DNA of 36,759 nucleotides from Candidatus Velthaea sp. (GCA_965214935.1 CBDCCS010000024.1:1-36759); one strand, 5' to 3'. Shown: positions 27,549 through 36,759, counted from the first letter of the stretch. Notes: generated by a model not told the origin, from the letters alone. Translations and numbers: made by a program.

Positions 27549-27606
27549 GCGAAGCCGCTTCGCGCCTGGGTCTGCAATCATCCCATAAACGGACGCTTTC
27601 GGGATA
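27523..27606. repeat. res-like recombinase binding repeats
   Basis: CGTTTCGGGACA (27523-27534), TTTACGGGACA (27537-27547) and imperfect dyad ATCCCATAAACG-GA-CGCTTTCGGGAT (27580-27605) at the 5' end of the resolvase. Confidence 0.55.
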
Positions 27607-27711
27607 GACTTCATCTTTAGCCACGCGGTGATTTGACGGCTCGTCCCTATAGCGCAACCGCACCGGAGTTTTCTGCCTTCGACATCATAACCGTTCTCTT
27701 GAGTTGTTGAA

Positions 27712-28065
27712 ATGCAATTGAAGTTGGCATTTGTGGCGTACGCGGTGAGCGACGTCCGGCGCGCGCGAGCGTTTTATACCGAAGTTCTTGGTTTGACGCC
27801 TGGCGAATCGTTCAGTCAGAATTTTATCGAGTTCGACCTGGGCGACGCAACGTTCGCGATCGACGCGGAGCCCCCGGGCATTGTGCCTGGCACGTGTTCG
27901 GGGGTTTCGTTCGAGGTCGACGACGTCGCGTCGACGCGCGCCCTGCTCGCAGAACGCGGCGTCAAGATTACCGGTGTGATGGAGTCGCCAGTTTGTTGGT
28001 TTGCATTTGCCACCGATCCGGACGGGAACAGTTTCCAGATTCACGAGCGAAAACTGACGAGGTAA
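27712..28065 (+). CDS. VOC family protein
   Basis: AVSDVRRARAFYTEVLGL, SFEVDDV, DPDGNSFQIHER. Confidence 0.9.
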   Translation: MQLKLAFVAYAVSDVRRARAFYTEVLGLTPGESFSQNFIEFDLGDATFAIDAEPPGIVPGTCSGVSFEVDDVASTRALLAERGVKITGVMESPVCWFAFATDPDGNSFQIHERKLTR

Positions 28066-28178
28066 GGTCGCCGGGCGAGCCGGGTCCTTCATTGCTGCAA
28101 AGTGAAAGGAACATTAGAGCAACAGCAACTCGTCTCTGAACAGGGTCGCCTTTCGAGACCTGTCGAGCTGGGCAGCAC

Positions 28179-28622
28179 TCAAGCCCGGCCACGGATCAGA
28201 TGCATCAGATCGTCGCGTAATATGGACCATTTCGCTTCGCCACCGACATGAGCCAAGAACGTGGCCTGACTAGACGCCCACAATGGGTAGGCGCAATCAA
28301 GTGCGGTTTGGCCAGTAAGGGTGAGCGCGAGAACGCGCGTGCGGCCGGTCCGTTTCACGGACAGTAATTTTAGCCGACGTAAGTGATCGACATTGCGGCT
28401 GACCGTGGTCTGATCTAAGTCCATTGCTTTGCCGAGGTCCGTGAGGGTGCTAAGCCCGAGTGCCCTGAGATGCGCGAGTAGCGAGAACTGAGTCAATCGC
28501 AGGCCGGCCGGTGCGAGCGCTTCGTCGTAAGCGTTTGTTAAAGCGCGCGCGGCTTTTCGCACGTTTAGACAAACGCACTGATCCCGAACGAGCATTGCCA
28601 TTGTGGAGTCGACCGTCGACAT
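28179..28622 (-). CDS. MarR-family transcriptional regulator
   Basis: CVCLNVRKAARALTNAYDEALAPAGLRLTQFSLL, LDQTTVSRN, LTLTG. Confidence 0.92.
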   Translation of the reverse strand: MSTVDSTMAMLVRDQCVCLNVRKAARALTNAYDEALAPAGLRLTQFSLLAHLRALGLSTLTDLGKAMDLDQTTVSRNVDHLRRLKLLSVKRTGRTRVLALTLTGQTALDCAYPLWASSQATFLAHVGGEAKWSILRDDLMHLIRGRA

Positions 28623-28637
28623 CTATGCGCCCGGGCC

Positions 28638-28679
28638 TTGACAGAATTGTATAACATGCATATACATATGTAGGTACAT
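28638..28679 (+). promoter_or_regulatory. Promoter -35 and tandem palindromic MarR operator candidate
   Basis: TTGACA at 28638-28643; adjacent 12-mers ATGCATATACAT (28656-28667) and ATGTAGGTACAT (28668-28679). Confidence 0.65.
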
Positions 28680-28725
28680 TTGTTTATGGTTTTACGTTTC
28701 CCTTGTTAAGGAGTTCCGCGCAGCC

Positions 28726-29319
28726 ATGAGTCTCGATCCTCCGTCAGCCCTTGCTCGCATGAGCCCTCGCGTCGGTGCAGCGCTCCTAACGTGGGCCGGT
28801 ACCGTTACGGCAGCGAGCGCGACGGGCGTGCTCGCGCGGCTCGCACCTACGACTCTTGCTCCCCTTATCGTGGCTGGCATCGTCGTTCCGACAGTTATCT
28901 ATCACCGATCGCCGGTGCTGCGCGCTGCGGCGCGCGAACTCGGCGTTCATCGCATTTCGCTTATTCATACGTGGCGTATCGCTGCTGGCGTTATGTTTCT
29001 CGCGTATGGTGACGATGACAAGCTCCCGCCGACGTTCGTTCGTAACGCCGGTTGGGGCGATATCATTGCAGGCGCTTTGGCGACGGCGCTTGTGATGCTC
29101 CCGCGAAAACGCACGACATACCTTGCCATCAACGCCGTTGGATTCGCTGATTTTATTGTCGCGGTCGGGACGGGACTCTCCGCAACGCTTCGTCGTGATC
29201 CGCGCATGAACGAAATCGCGAGGCTACCTCTAGCCCTTATCCCACTGTTTGGTGTCGGCGTTTCGGGAGCCGCGCATCTGATTGCTTTCGATCTTTTACG
29301 TAGCGAATCAGGATCTTAA
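28726..29319 (+). CDS. Hypothetical integral membrane protein divergent from MarR
   Basis: About six hydrophobic segments; HTWR, LPPTF...AGWGD, PLALIPLFGV; AAGGAG RBS upstream. Confidence 0.8.
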   Translation: MSLDPPSALARMSPRVGAALLTWAGTVTAASATGVLARLAPTTLAPLIVAGIVVPTVIYHRSPVLRAAARELGVHRISLIHTWRIAAGVMFLAYGDDDKLPPTFVRNAGWGDIIAGALATALVMLPRKRTTYLAINAVGFADFIVAVGTGLSATLRRDPRMNEIARLPLALIPLFGVGVSGAAHLIAFDLLRSESGS

Positions 29320-29339
29320 ACGCGTCCGGAAGAACGTGA

Positions 29340-29792
29340 GAAATGCGCGGCTCGAGCATCCGCGACGTCAAAACGGCGCTCGAAGGGGTACTCGACGACT
29401 CAAAGCGCGCGGATGCAGCACGGGTATTCGATCGGCCGGGCGTTTGCAACGGCCACGAGGTAACTTGCCGTTGATCGTTCTGACCGCAATCCAAACAACG
29501 CAACGTACAGGAAACTGAGAACGCCCCGGACCCTCGTTCGGCGGTGCAGCAATGCGCCGAGTGGATCGAAGAGAATCACGCTCGCGACCGCCTTGCGAGG
29601 TTGTCGTCGCGTGGCGTCCATTTCGTTGTTGACGGTGCCGGGCACAACATACAAAAAGATCGGCCGGCGGCGGTGATTTCAGCCGTCGATGAAGTGGTCG
29701 ACCAGATGCGCTATGGCAAACATCCGCCGTGTATTGCTGCGCAGCGAGCTCCCCGCAGCTGGCGCCCGCAGCAAAACAATGCCCGCGATTAA
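29340..29792 (+). pseudogene. C-terminal remnant of an alpha/beta hydrolase
   Basis: GNLPLIVLTA followed by a stop, then LARLSSRGVHFVVDGAGHNIQKDRPAAVISAVDEVV; no N-terminal half. Confidence 0.65.
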
Positions 29793-31120
29793 TACGGTGA
29801 GACGCTCGTGAAGTGGAAGTTCGGGAACTTTAACGCCGGCGTTACCAACGAGTAGTGGTAGCTGCCGGTCCGGACTTGCGTGTCGGCGATTTCGCAGTTG
29901 GATAACGCCGCGATCATCGACATGTTGAAGCGCATGTTGCGCACGCCGCCGCGGACGACGCCGTCTTCGATGAGAAAGGTGCCGTCGCGCGTCATACCGG
30001 TGAGCAACACCGAGCGCTGATCGACGCTGCGCACGTACCACAGCCGCGTCACGAGCAAACCGCGCTTGGTTTCGGCGATCAGTGCGGCTAGCGATTTCGA
30101 GCCTGCCGCGACGACGGCGAAGTTGGATTGCGGACCATTTAGACTCGGCGCCGGCAGCGCGTGGCCGGTATTGCGCCGGTTCAAGCGCTGGGCCCAGGTC
30201 GAATCGGTCACGATGTCGTTCGCAACGCCGCGCTCGACGAGCGTGACGCGTTGCGTCGGCACGCCTTCGTAATCGAAGGGCAGGCCGGGGTTGAGCGGGT
30301 GGGCGTAATCGTCGTACAGCGTCACGTTGCCGCCCAGTACCGGTTCACCGAGCTTGCCGGTAACGAATGACGAACCGTCGGAGAACGCCTCAGCGGAGAA
30401 GTGCGCGGTCACGAAGCGCAAGAGCTCGCCCGCGGCGGCCGGCAGCAGAATAACCGTCCAGTCACCCGGAGCGACGGCGCTGGGCTCGGACGTTGCAAGG
30501 GCGATTCGAGCCGCCTCGCGACCCAGCGCAGCGCCGTCGAGCGCCGCGATATCGCGCGAGTACCGTTCGGCGAATCCGGTCGAGTCGCTCCCATTCATCT
30601 TCACGTTCGCACCGGCATCGGTGCTGTCGAACGACATGCGCGCGCCGCTCGACGTCACGATCGTGATGCCTTCGTGCGCCGTCATCGCATAGCCCGATGA
30701 CCACAATCCGTTGCTCGCCGCGTGCGCAAAAACCGCGCCCGCAACGCGCGCCCGATCGTCGGGCGTTGCAGCGGCGGTCGCGGCGACGAACGCGCCCGGC
30801 GGCGCGACGGTAGCTGCGTCACCGGCCAGCACCGGCATGATGCTCTCGCGCGGCGCAAACGTCGCGACGTCGTGGGCGCGCGCCACCGTCGCGTCGAGCG
30901 TGGCGTCGTCGAAGGCGTTGGTTGCCGCAATGCCGATGCGGCCGTCGACGATCGCGCGCACCCGAACGGCCGTGTCGCTTTGATCGATATTTTGGTTGAC
31001 GGCTTCGTGCGTGAAGCGCGTCAAAGCGTGATGCGTCGTGGTGACGGTCACTTCGGTCGCATCGGCGCGCGAACGCCCGAGGACGTGCTCGGCCAAGCGC
31101 AGCCGCTCGTCAGCCGTCAT
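29789..31120 (-). CDS. TldE/PmbA-family protein
   Basis: LTRFTHEAVNQN, PFDYEG, NTGHA, GLLVTRLWYVR, LTGMTRDGTFLIEDG, NMRFN; overlaps tldD end. Confidence 0.88.
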   Translation of the reverse strand: MTADERLRLAEHVLGRSRADATEVTVTTTHHALTRFTHEAVNQNIDQSDTAVRVRAIVDGRIGIAATNAFDDATLDATVARAHDVATFAPRESIMPVLAGDAATVAPPGAFVAATAAATPDDRARVAGAVFAHAASNGLWSSGYAMTAHEGITIVTSSGARMSFDSTDAGANVKMNGSDSTGFAERYSRDIAALDGAALGREAARIALATSEPSAVAPGDWTVILLPAAAGELLRFVTAHFSAEAFSDGSSFVTGKLGEPVLGGNVTLYDDYAHPLNPGLPFDYEGVPTQRVTLVERGVANDIVTDSTWAQRLNRRNTGHALPAPSLNGPQSNFAVVAAGSKSLAALIAETKRGLLVTRLWYVRSVDQRSVLLTGMTRDGTFLIEDGVVRGGVRNMRFNMSMIAALSNCEIADTQVRTGSYHYSLVTPALKFPNFHFTSVSPY

Positions 31121-32562
31121 AGCCGACGCCGACATTGACGTTGCGAAAGCGCGCCGGAGCGGCGGCCTGCGTGGTGCGCCCGGTTTGGATCGGCTCGCCT
31201 TTGCCGCAATTGGGCGTGCCCCACGCGAACCACGCCGCCGCATCGCCGATGGCATCGCAACTATTCCAGAATTGCGGCGTTACGCCCGCGTAGGTCGGAT
31301 TCTTGAGCATCCGGCCGCGCTTGCCGTTGCAAATCTCCCAACCGATTTGGCAGCCGAATTGGAAGTTGAGCCGCCGGTCGTCGATCGACCACGAACGATT
31401 CGCCTCCATATACACCCCGTGCTCGATGTCGGTGAAGAGTTCGTCGAACGGCGTGTCACCGGGGAGTAAATTTAAATTACACATGCGGATCATCGGCACG
31501 TGCATCCAGCTTTGCGCCCGCACGCAGGCGTTCGATTCTCGCCCGATTGCGCGGGCCGTATCGCGCGACGTTTCAAACCCCGCCAGCATACCGTCACGAA
31601 TGATGTCCGAGGTAATACTGCGCGTGCCTTCATCGTCGTACGCGGCGGTGGCGATCCCGCGCGGCAGCAGATTGTCGATCTGGATCGTGACGAGCGGTGA
31701 ACCGTAGCGCAGCGTGCCCAGCGCGGACGGCCGCCAGGAAACTCGTGCCGCTGAAATTCGCTTCCCAACCCATGATCCGGTCGAGTTCGGCGGCATGGCC
31801 GCACGACTCGTGGATCTGCAGCGACACTTGTGAGCCGCCTAACACGATATCCATGATGCCGCTGGGACACTGCGGTGCCGTCAACAGCGCATGCGCTTCT
31901 TCGCCGGTACGCTGGGCATTCTCGCGCAACTGCGCCGCTTCAATAATCTCCCAGCCGCCGCTTTGATATAACCCGCGATCGCCGGGCCACATCCGCATTT
32001 GCGCATCACCGCTACCGACGGCGAGCGCACTCATGCCGCTGCCGCTCTGCACGATGGTTTGTGCGATCTGCGATCCGATCGAGGAGAAGAAGAACTTCTC
32101 GGTGTGCCACAGATCGATCCACGCGCGACCGACCGTAATCGAGGGCGCGGCATGCAGCAGCTTCTCGGCGTCGAGCAGGAGCGCCACGCGGTCACCCAGC
32201 GCGACATCGCGTGGATCGCGTTGAGTCACGGTTGCAAACGTATCGACATAGGCGTCGACGGGCGCTTCGCCGATGCGCCGGGTCGCAATGGCCGCGGCGG
32301 CACGCGCGGCGTCGACCGCGCGTGCCGCCGCCATATCGAGCCCGGCGTCATCGAAGGCATTGCTGGCAGCAAAGCCCCAAGCACCGTCGACAAGCGCGCG
32401 GATACCGTAACCGTCGCTGCGTTCGTCGGCCAATCCACTCACGTCGCCGTTGCGAACTTCGGCGCGTTCGGTGCGCGTGCGTTCGAACCGGACGTCGCAA
32501 TACGCCGCACCGCGCGCTGTTGCCGTATCCAAAACGCGCGCAGCGGCGGTCGCAAACTCCAT
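31110..32562 (-). CDS. tldD: TldD-family metalloprotease with single-base frameshift near 31730
   Basis: GYGIRALVDGAWGFA, QIHESCGHAAELDR (HExxxH), then in a second frame YDDEG, PMIRMCNLNL, SWSIDDRRLNFQFG, NCGKGEP. Confidence 0.9.
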
Positions 32563-32572
32563 CGCGCGACGT

Positions 32573-34762
32573 TTACGGCATCTGGGCCGCGGTTCCCGGT
32601 AGCGTCACCTCGCACGCCCGGATGCCGATCGTTCCCGAACTCTTCACCGGCGTGGGCCCGAGCGACCCGACGACGTAGAACGAGCGTAGCGCAATCGGCG
32701 GCGCAAGTGCGGCCGGGATGCGCACTTCGCGTCGCTCGGCGCCCGTCCAGTCGATCGTTTTCGCGAGCGTCAGCGCCGAGCGTTCACCGTAGCGATCGAA
32801 CAGCGCGACGCGAATGCCGGCGCCGCGTCCGTCGCCGTCGATGGCACACGACAGTGCCAGCGGTTCGCCCAAGGGCAGGCCGGCTTCGGCATAAGCGGCC
32901 CGTTCCGAACCGCTGAAATCGTACGCGATCTGCAGCGTCCCCTGTGGCGTGAAACCGAGCGCCCCCGGACCCTCCGGCGGAACGCTGTTGAAGTGCCAGC
33001 CGGCTTGACCGGCGGTATCGAACCCCGGCAGCGGCACCCGATGCCGCCCGACGTGCACGATCTCGCTCGAATGTACCTCGCCGAGCGAAGCGGTAACGAA
33101 GCCGTCGGCGCCCCCGGCGGAAAACAGACCGTCGGCAGTGATGCTGCCGCGCAGCGCGTGCCAATTCACCCGATCGCCGGTCAGCACCGGCCGGTCTCGT
33201 TCATCGAAGGCTCGGGCGTGCAACGCGACGCTGGTGTTCGGTTCCAGATCCGGCCGCTCGGGCCCGATCTCGATCCGGCTGACCGCCGGTACGATGGTGA
33301 GTGGCACGTCGGTCGCGGCGCCGTCGCGGCCAACGTGCAGCGTCGCGATCAGCGGTGTGTTTCCGGTGCGCAACACGTCGTCTGGCCCGATCGACGCGCC
33401 GGCGCCGGCGAGTTGCCACGGTCCCCGCGCCGCGCCCAGCGCGTGTCCGGCCGCATCGACGAGGATCGCGCGCAGATGCACCGCCACGCCCGGCAACGCC
33501 TCGATCGCGCTGGGACGCACGACCAATCGCGCCGCCGGCCCGGGCGGCGCATCGCTATAGACGAATACGCCGTCGGCGACCGGCCGCTCGACGCCGTCGG
33601 ACGGATCGTTCTGCACGGTCGCGCGTGTTTCGCCCAGCACGCGCGCAACGAGCGTCGCCGAGCCGCCGCTGTCGAACTGCATGGCGTCTGACGCGCCCAG
33701 CGCCGTTAACAGGGCGATAAACTCGGCGCGATTGACACCGATCGAAACAGCCGGCCGTCGCCCGTCGATCACCACGAATGCCACGTCGCCGTCGGTGAGG
33801 CGCGCGGCGGCGGCAACGGGAATGCGGCGGTTGCGGTCGGCGTAGCCGGGCGAGGCCGGATCGTCGACGGCATCTCCGCCGGCGAGCAACGCCGGACCGC
33901 CGCCGATCGCGTCGACCACCTCGCCGGCGGAGGGCTGCGTGTCGAATGTGATATCGATGAGATCGCCCACATCGGGTAACGTCGTAAGCCGGCTCTGCGC
34001 CGCCGGTCCTAGCGCCAATGCGAACGCCGGCACCGCGGGAGCCGTACCGGTGTCGATTCGAGTTACCCGAAAACGTCCGCCGGGCGCTGCCACCGGTCCG
34101 ACGTTGGGTGCTGCCACCGGCGTCAGTTCAGCGACCACACACTCCGGTCGCGCGGCCGCGGCACCGTAGGCCGGCGTGAGAAAGGCGGCGCCGTCGTGCG
34201 GTGGCCACTCGTTGAGCGCCGTAACCGGAATCGCCGTGTTCCCGTTAACGACCGCCGTGCCGCTGAAGCGATACGTCTCAAATCGGACGCTGCGGTCGCG
34301 CGCGACGGTGAGCGCGACACGATCGCTGGGCGAACGTACCAGCGCGCCGTTCTGGGCCAACACGCCCAGCGGCGAGTTCGTGTTTCCGATATCGAAGTAA
34401 TCGGCGTTGATGCCCGCCACGGCACCCGTGCGCGCCGCCATCGACGATACCGGTTCGCCGCTGGAAACAAGGTGGTCGTGCGCCAATACGGTGCCGAGTC
34501 GGACACTGGGCTCGCGTGGATCGACGGTAACGAGCGAGATAACCAGCGGGCCGGCTGAGGTTTGCAAGCGGTACGTCGCGCGATCGACGCCGGGGGCGAC
34601 GAACTCGTGCTCGAACGACTGCGTAACGACGAGTGGAAACGGCGCCGCCGGCATCAGCTGGGTCGGGAGATACGCGGCTCCCGCGCCGGGCGCGCGGACC
34701 GCGAGCGACCCGGCCGTGAGGACAAACGCGATCGCGAGCCGATGCCCGTGCCGCAAGCTCAA
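32573..34762 (-). CDS. Secreted phosphodiester glycosidase (NAGPA-like) multidomain protein
   Basis: TTG start overlapping the upstream stop; signal peptide; GAVAGINADYF, AIGGGPALL, VIDGR, QFDSGGSATL, NDPSDGVERPV; C-terminal beta-rich domains. Confidence 0.85.
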   Translation of the reverse strand: MSLRHGHRLAIAFVLTAGSLAVRAPGAGAAYLPTQLMPAAPFPLVVTQSFEHEFVAPGVDRATYRLQTSAGPLVISLVTVDPREPSVRLGTVLAHDHLVSSGEPVSSMAARTGAVAGINADYFDIGNTNSPLGVLAQNGALVRSPSDRVALTVARDRSVRFETYRFSGTAVVNGNTAIPVTALNEWPPHDGAAFLTPAYGAAAARPECVVAELTPVAAPNVGPVAAPGGRFRVTRIDTGTAPAVPAFALALGPAAQSRLTTLPDVGDLIDITFDTQPSAGEVVDAIGGGPALLAGGDAVDDPASPGYADRNRRIPVAAAARLTDGDVAFVVIDGRRPAVSIGVNRAEFIALLTALGASDAMQFDSGGSATLVARVLGETRATVQNDPSDGVERPVADGVFVYSDAPPGPAARLVVRPSAIEALPGVAVHLRAILVDAAGHALGAARGPWQLAGAGASIGPDDVLRTGNTPLIATLHVGRDGAATDVPLTIVPAVSRIEIGPERPDLEPNTSVALHARAFDERDRPVLTGDRVNWHALRGSITADGLFSAGGADGFVTASLGEVHSSEIVHVGRHRVPLPGFDTAGQAGWHFNSVPPEGPGALGFTPQGTLQIAYDFSGSERAAYAEAGLPLGEPLALSCAIDGDGRGAGIRVALFDRYGERSALTLAKTIDWTGAERREVRIPAALAPPIALRSFYVVGSLGPTPVKSSGTIGIRACEVTLPGTAAQMP

Positions 34763-36042
34763 AGCGCGGCGCCCGTGCCGGCGATCGCATCGACGCGTTC
34801 GAACGCCCGGCGCACGTCGGTGTGGGGAGCGATGGTCCAATTGGTGGTGCGGCCGCGGTCGAAGGTAAACGCCGCGACGTCGAATCCGGGCAGGGTTCCG
34901 CACAGCACCGCGCCGTCGGGATCGACGGCGAAAGCCCGCCGGTCCAGCGTGTCGAGCACCACGACGTAGGCGCGCAATTCGGCCGCGCGCGTGCGCGCCA
35001 GCGGCACGACCCAACGGGCCGCGATCGACGCGTGCCACACAAAGAGCCGCACCCCCGCGAGTCGCGGCGCAACGAGCGCGCGCGGATCGAGAATGGCTTC
35101 ATCATCGACTAAGCCGACTTCGTGCGACACCGGGTGGGCGTGTGGATCGAGCAGCAGGTCGGCATCCGCAACGGCGGCGACGGCGTGCAATGCCGGATCG
35201 TTTTTCACCGCGATCGCGATCCGCAGTGCGGCCGCCAAGTCGCGCGGGTCCGAGCCGCGCTCGACCGCTGCCGGAGCGCCGCGCCTAAATGGCGGCGGAC
35301 CCACGGCGACCATACCGCGCAGGATCGTTTCCTGCGTCTCGTCGGCCCGTGCCACGAACGATCCGTCGGCCGCAACGATGGCGCTTTTGCCGCAATAGAC
35401 GACGCTGCGCGCTTCGACGCCGACTTTGTTTGCGGCGACGAGCGGCACGCCGTTTTCCCACGCCCGCACGTTGATCATCAGATCGGCTTGCAGATTCTCG
35501 AGTTGGCCCGGATCGCGACCGCTGCTAACCCACGCGGTCGGGACGACGAGGATTTCCGCGCCGCGCTCGACGAGCGTGTTGGCTAGCGTGGGAATTCGGC
35601 CATCGGCGCAGACCAGGACGCCGAGCCGGCCGGCCGGTGTCGTCACCGGTTCGAGGGCCTCGCCGGCACTGAACCAGCGGCGGTCGAAGTGCCACAGGAA
35701 GCATTTGTCCGCGCTGCCGACGATGCCGCCGGCGGTGACCACATAGGCGGAATTATGAAACCGCTCGCCCACGTAGCGGCCGCTGCCGTACACGATCGTC
35801 GCGCCGCTGCGCGCGGCAATCGTCACGACGTCATGCGCTGCGGCGTCGAGCAACTCCGGCGCGACGGGTTCAGTACCGATAACGTAAGCGGGAACCGTGC
35901 CTTCAGGCAGAACGATGAGTTCGGCTCCCGTGTCGGCGGCGGCGGCAATCTGCGTGCGAATCGCCGGCCAACGTTCGGTAAAGTCGCCGCGATCGTGGGC
36001 GCGAAGTTGCAGCAGCGCAACGGACCTCGGACGAGCGCTCAC
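34759..36042 (-). CDS. Carbon-nitrogen hydrolase family protein with C-terminal extension
   Basis: Glu-Lys-Cys triad contexts VLPEG, ADKCFLWHFD, VCADG; RAWENG, YCGKS. Confidence 0.88.
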   Translation of the reverse strand: MSARPRSVALLQLRAHDRGDFTERWPAIRTQIAAAADTGAELIVLPEGTVPAYVIGTEPVAPELLDAAAHDVVTIAARSGATIVYGSGRYVGERFHNSAYVVTAGGIVGSADKCFLWHFDRRWFSAGEALEPVTTPAGRLGVLVCADGRIPTLANTLVERGAEILVVPTAWVSSGRDPGQLENLQADLMINVRAWENGVPLVAANKVGVEARSVVYCGKSAIVAADGSFVARADETQETILRGMVAVGPPPFRRGAPAAVERGSDPRDLAAALRIAIAVKNDPALHAVAAVADADLLLDPHAHPVSHEVGLVDDEAILDPRALVAPRLAGVRLFVWHASIAARWVVPLARTRAAELRAYVVVLDTLDRRAFAVDPDGAVLCGTLPGFDVAAFTFDRGRTTNWTIAPHTDVRRAFERVDAIAGTGAAL

Positions 36043-36110
36043 GAATACCCACTCCAATCTGCGGCGAAGCACATCGCCGTCAACCCACTTTCGCATAGTT
36101 GAGGATCGCT

Positions 36111-36759
36111 GTGAAACGATTACTCGCGTGTGTTTCGTTGGTCGCCGTTACGACAACTGCGGCGCCCGCCGCTGTCGCGCCGCCGGTGAAAACGAAACCA
36201 GCGCTCGTGCAAAAGCACGTGCCCGCGCCGCCCGTTCGGGTCGCTCCCGCGGACGAGTACTTCGGCAAGCTCAAGATGAGCGTGTTGGGTATTCGTAATA
36301 CGATCAAGGATGTCGGCGCGAATATCGAGATCGATCAGACGCGCTGGACGCAGCAAGCAAGTAAAGCTGCGTTCGCCGAAGATGCCATCCGTGATTGGGA
36401 AAAGAAATATCCTCAAGATACGTGGCTTGCTAAGACGGTATTCGCGCTCGAGCGTATGTATGCCAAACTTGATTCCGGTGAAGGCCGGCGCCGGTCGCTG
36501 GCGTCCATGACGTGGCTCGTGCACGATTTCCCAAAATCGTGGTATGGAAAAGCCGGTAAGCGTGAAATCGCTCAAGGCAAGGTCGGCCACCCGGTCGACA
36601 CCGCGGTCGACCCGGCGGTGCCCAACGCAACGCCGGCGCAAATCGCGGCGCCGAACGTGCTGCCGTCGCCGGCGCCGGGCTCGGGTGCCGCAGCTTCGAG
36701 CGGCGTCGTGGCGCCGCAGGTTCCGGCCGGCATTGGTCCGTCGGCCGCGCCTTATCCCA
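36111..36759 (+). CDS. Secreted hypothetical protein, truncated by right window edge
   Basis: GTG start after GAGGA; MKRLLACVSLVAV signal; APADEYFGKLKMSVLGIRN...DWEKKYPQDTWL; Pro/Ala-rich tail; open to the window end. Confidence 0.75.
   Translation, partial: MKRLLACVSLVAVTTTAAPAAVAPPVKTKPALVQKHVPAPPVRVAPADEYFGKLKMSVLGIRNTIKDVGANIEIDQTRWTQQASKAAFAEDAIRDWEKKYPQDTWLAKTVFALERMYAKLDSGEGRRRSLASMTWLVHDFPKSWYGKAGKREIAQGKVGHPVDTAVDPAVPNATPAQIAAPNVLPSPAPGSGAAASSGVVAPQVPAGIGPSAAPYP

Noticed and set aside
10940..31745. Programmed ribosomal frameshifting as a shared mechanism for sufC, the GIN gene and tldD
   Set aside because: No common slippery sequence or stimulator; the shifts differ in direction; sequencing indels are the simpler explanation.
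29789..32562. TldD/E as part of a RiPP (microcin-type) cluster
   Set aside because: No precursor, YcaO, radical SAM or exporter gene in the window.
1..36759. The many overlapping antisense and alternate-frame ORFs in the track (e.g. 31999-32916, 34278-35105, 15006-15716)
   Set aside because: Arg/Ala/Pro-rich shadow ORFs expected in high-GC DNA, overlapping well-supported genes and lacking motifs.
1..36759. CRISPR array, tRNA, rRNA, or intact transposase/integrase
   Set aside because: No regularly spaced repeats, cloverleaf or such ORFs were seen by eye; small RNAs could have been missed.

Overview
GC-rich bacterial chromosomal window, mostly housekeeping genes with a roughly 5 kb decayed accessory block at about 24650-29790. 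Left to right: a branched-chain-amino-acid-type ABC transporter (binding protein, LivH, LivM running off the left edge) divergent from a fused TRAP DctQM with no dctP in the window; CorA; a sufC-sufD-sufS-sufU operon with no sufB in the window, divergent from a SufR-like regulator and an atypical IscU/NifU-like gene; YceI, GIN-domain, MBL hydrolase, flavin reductase, O-methyltransferase, Fe/Mn SOD, LON-N, FolD, S46 peptidase, alpha/beta hydrolase, and TlpA with a membrane partner; an ankyrin protein with a highly structured 5' leader; two VOC genes flanking gene remnants (XRE/HigA-like fragment, AT-rich pseudogene, frameshifted serine resolvase with res-like repeats); a MarR pair; and a carbon-nitrogen hydrolase / phosphodiester glycosidase / TldD / TldE run. 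Three otherwise intact genes (sufC, GIN, tldD) each carry a single-base frameshift, most likely assembly errors. The best candidate for something undescribed is the ankyrin leader RNA (RBS-sequestering stem, loop pseudoknot and anti-anti-SD), followed by the SufR-coupled scaffold lacking its third Cys. All family calls come from motif recognition by eye; no searches were run.
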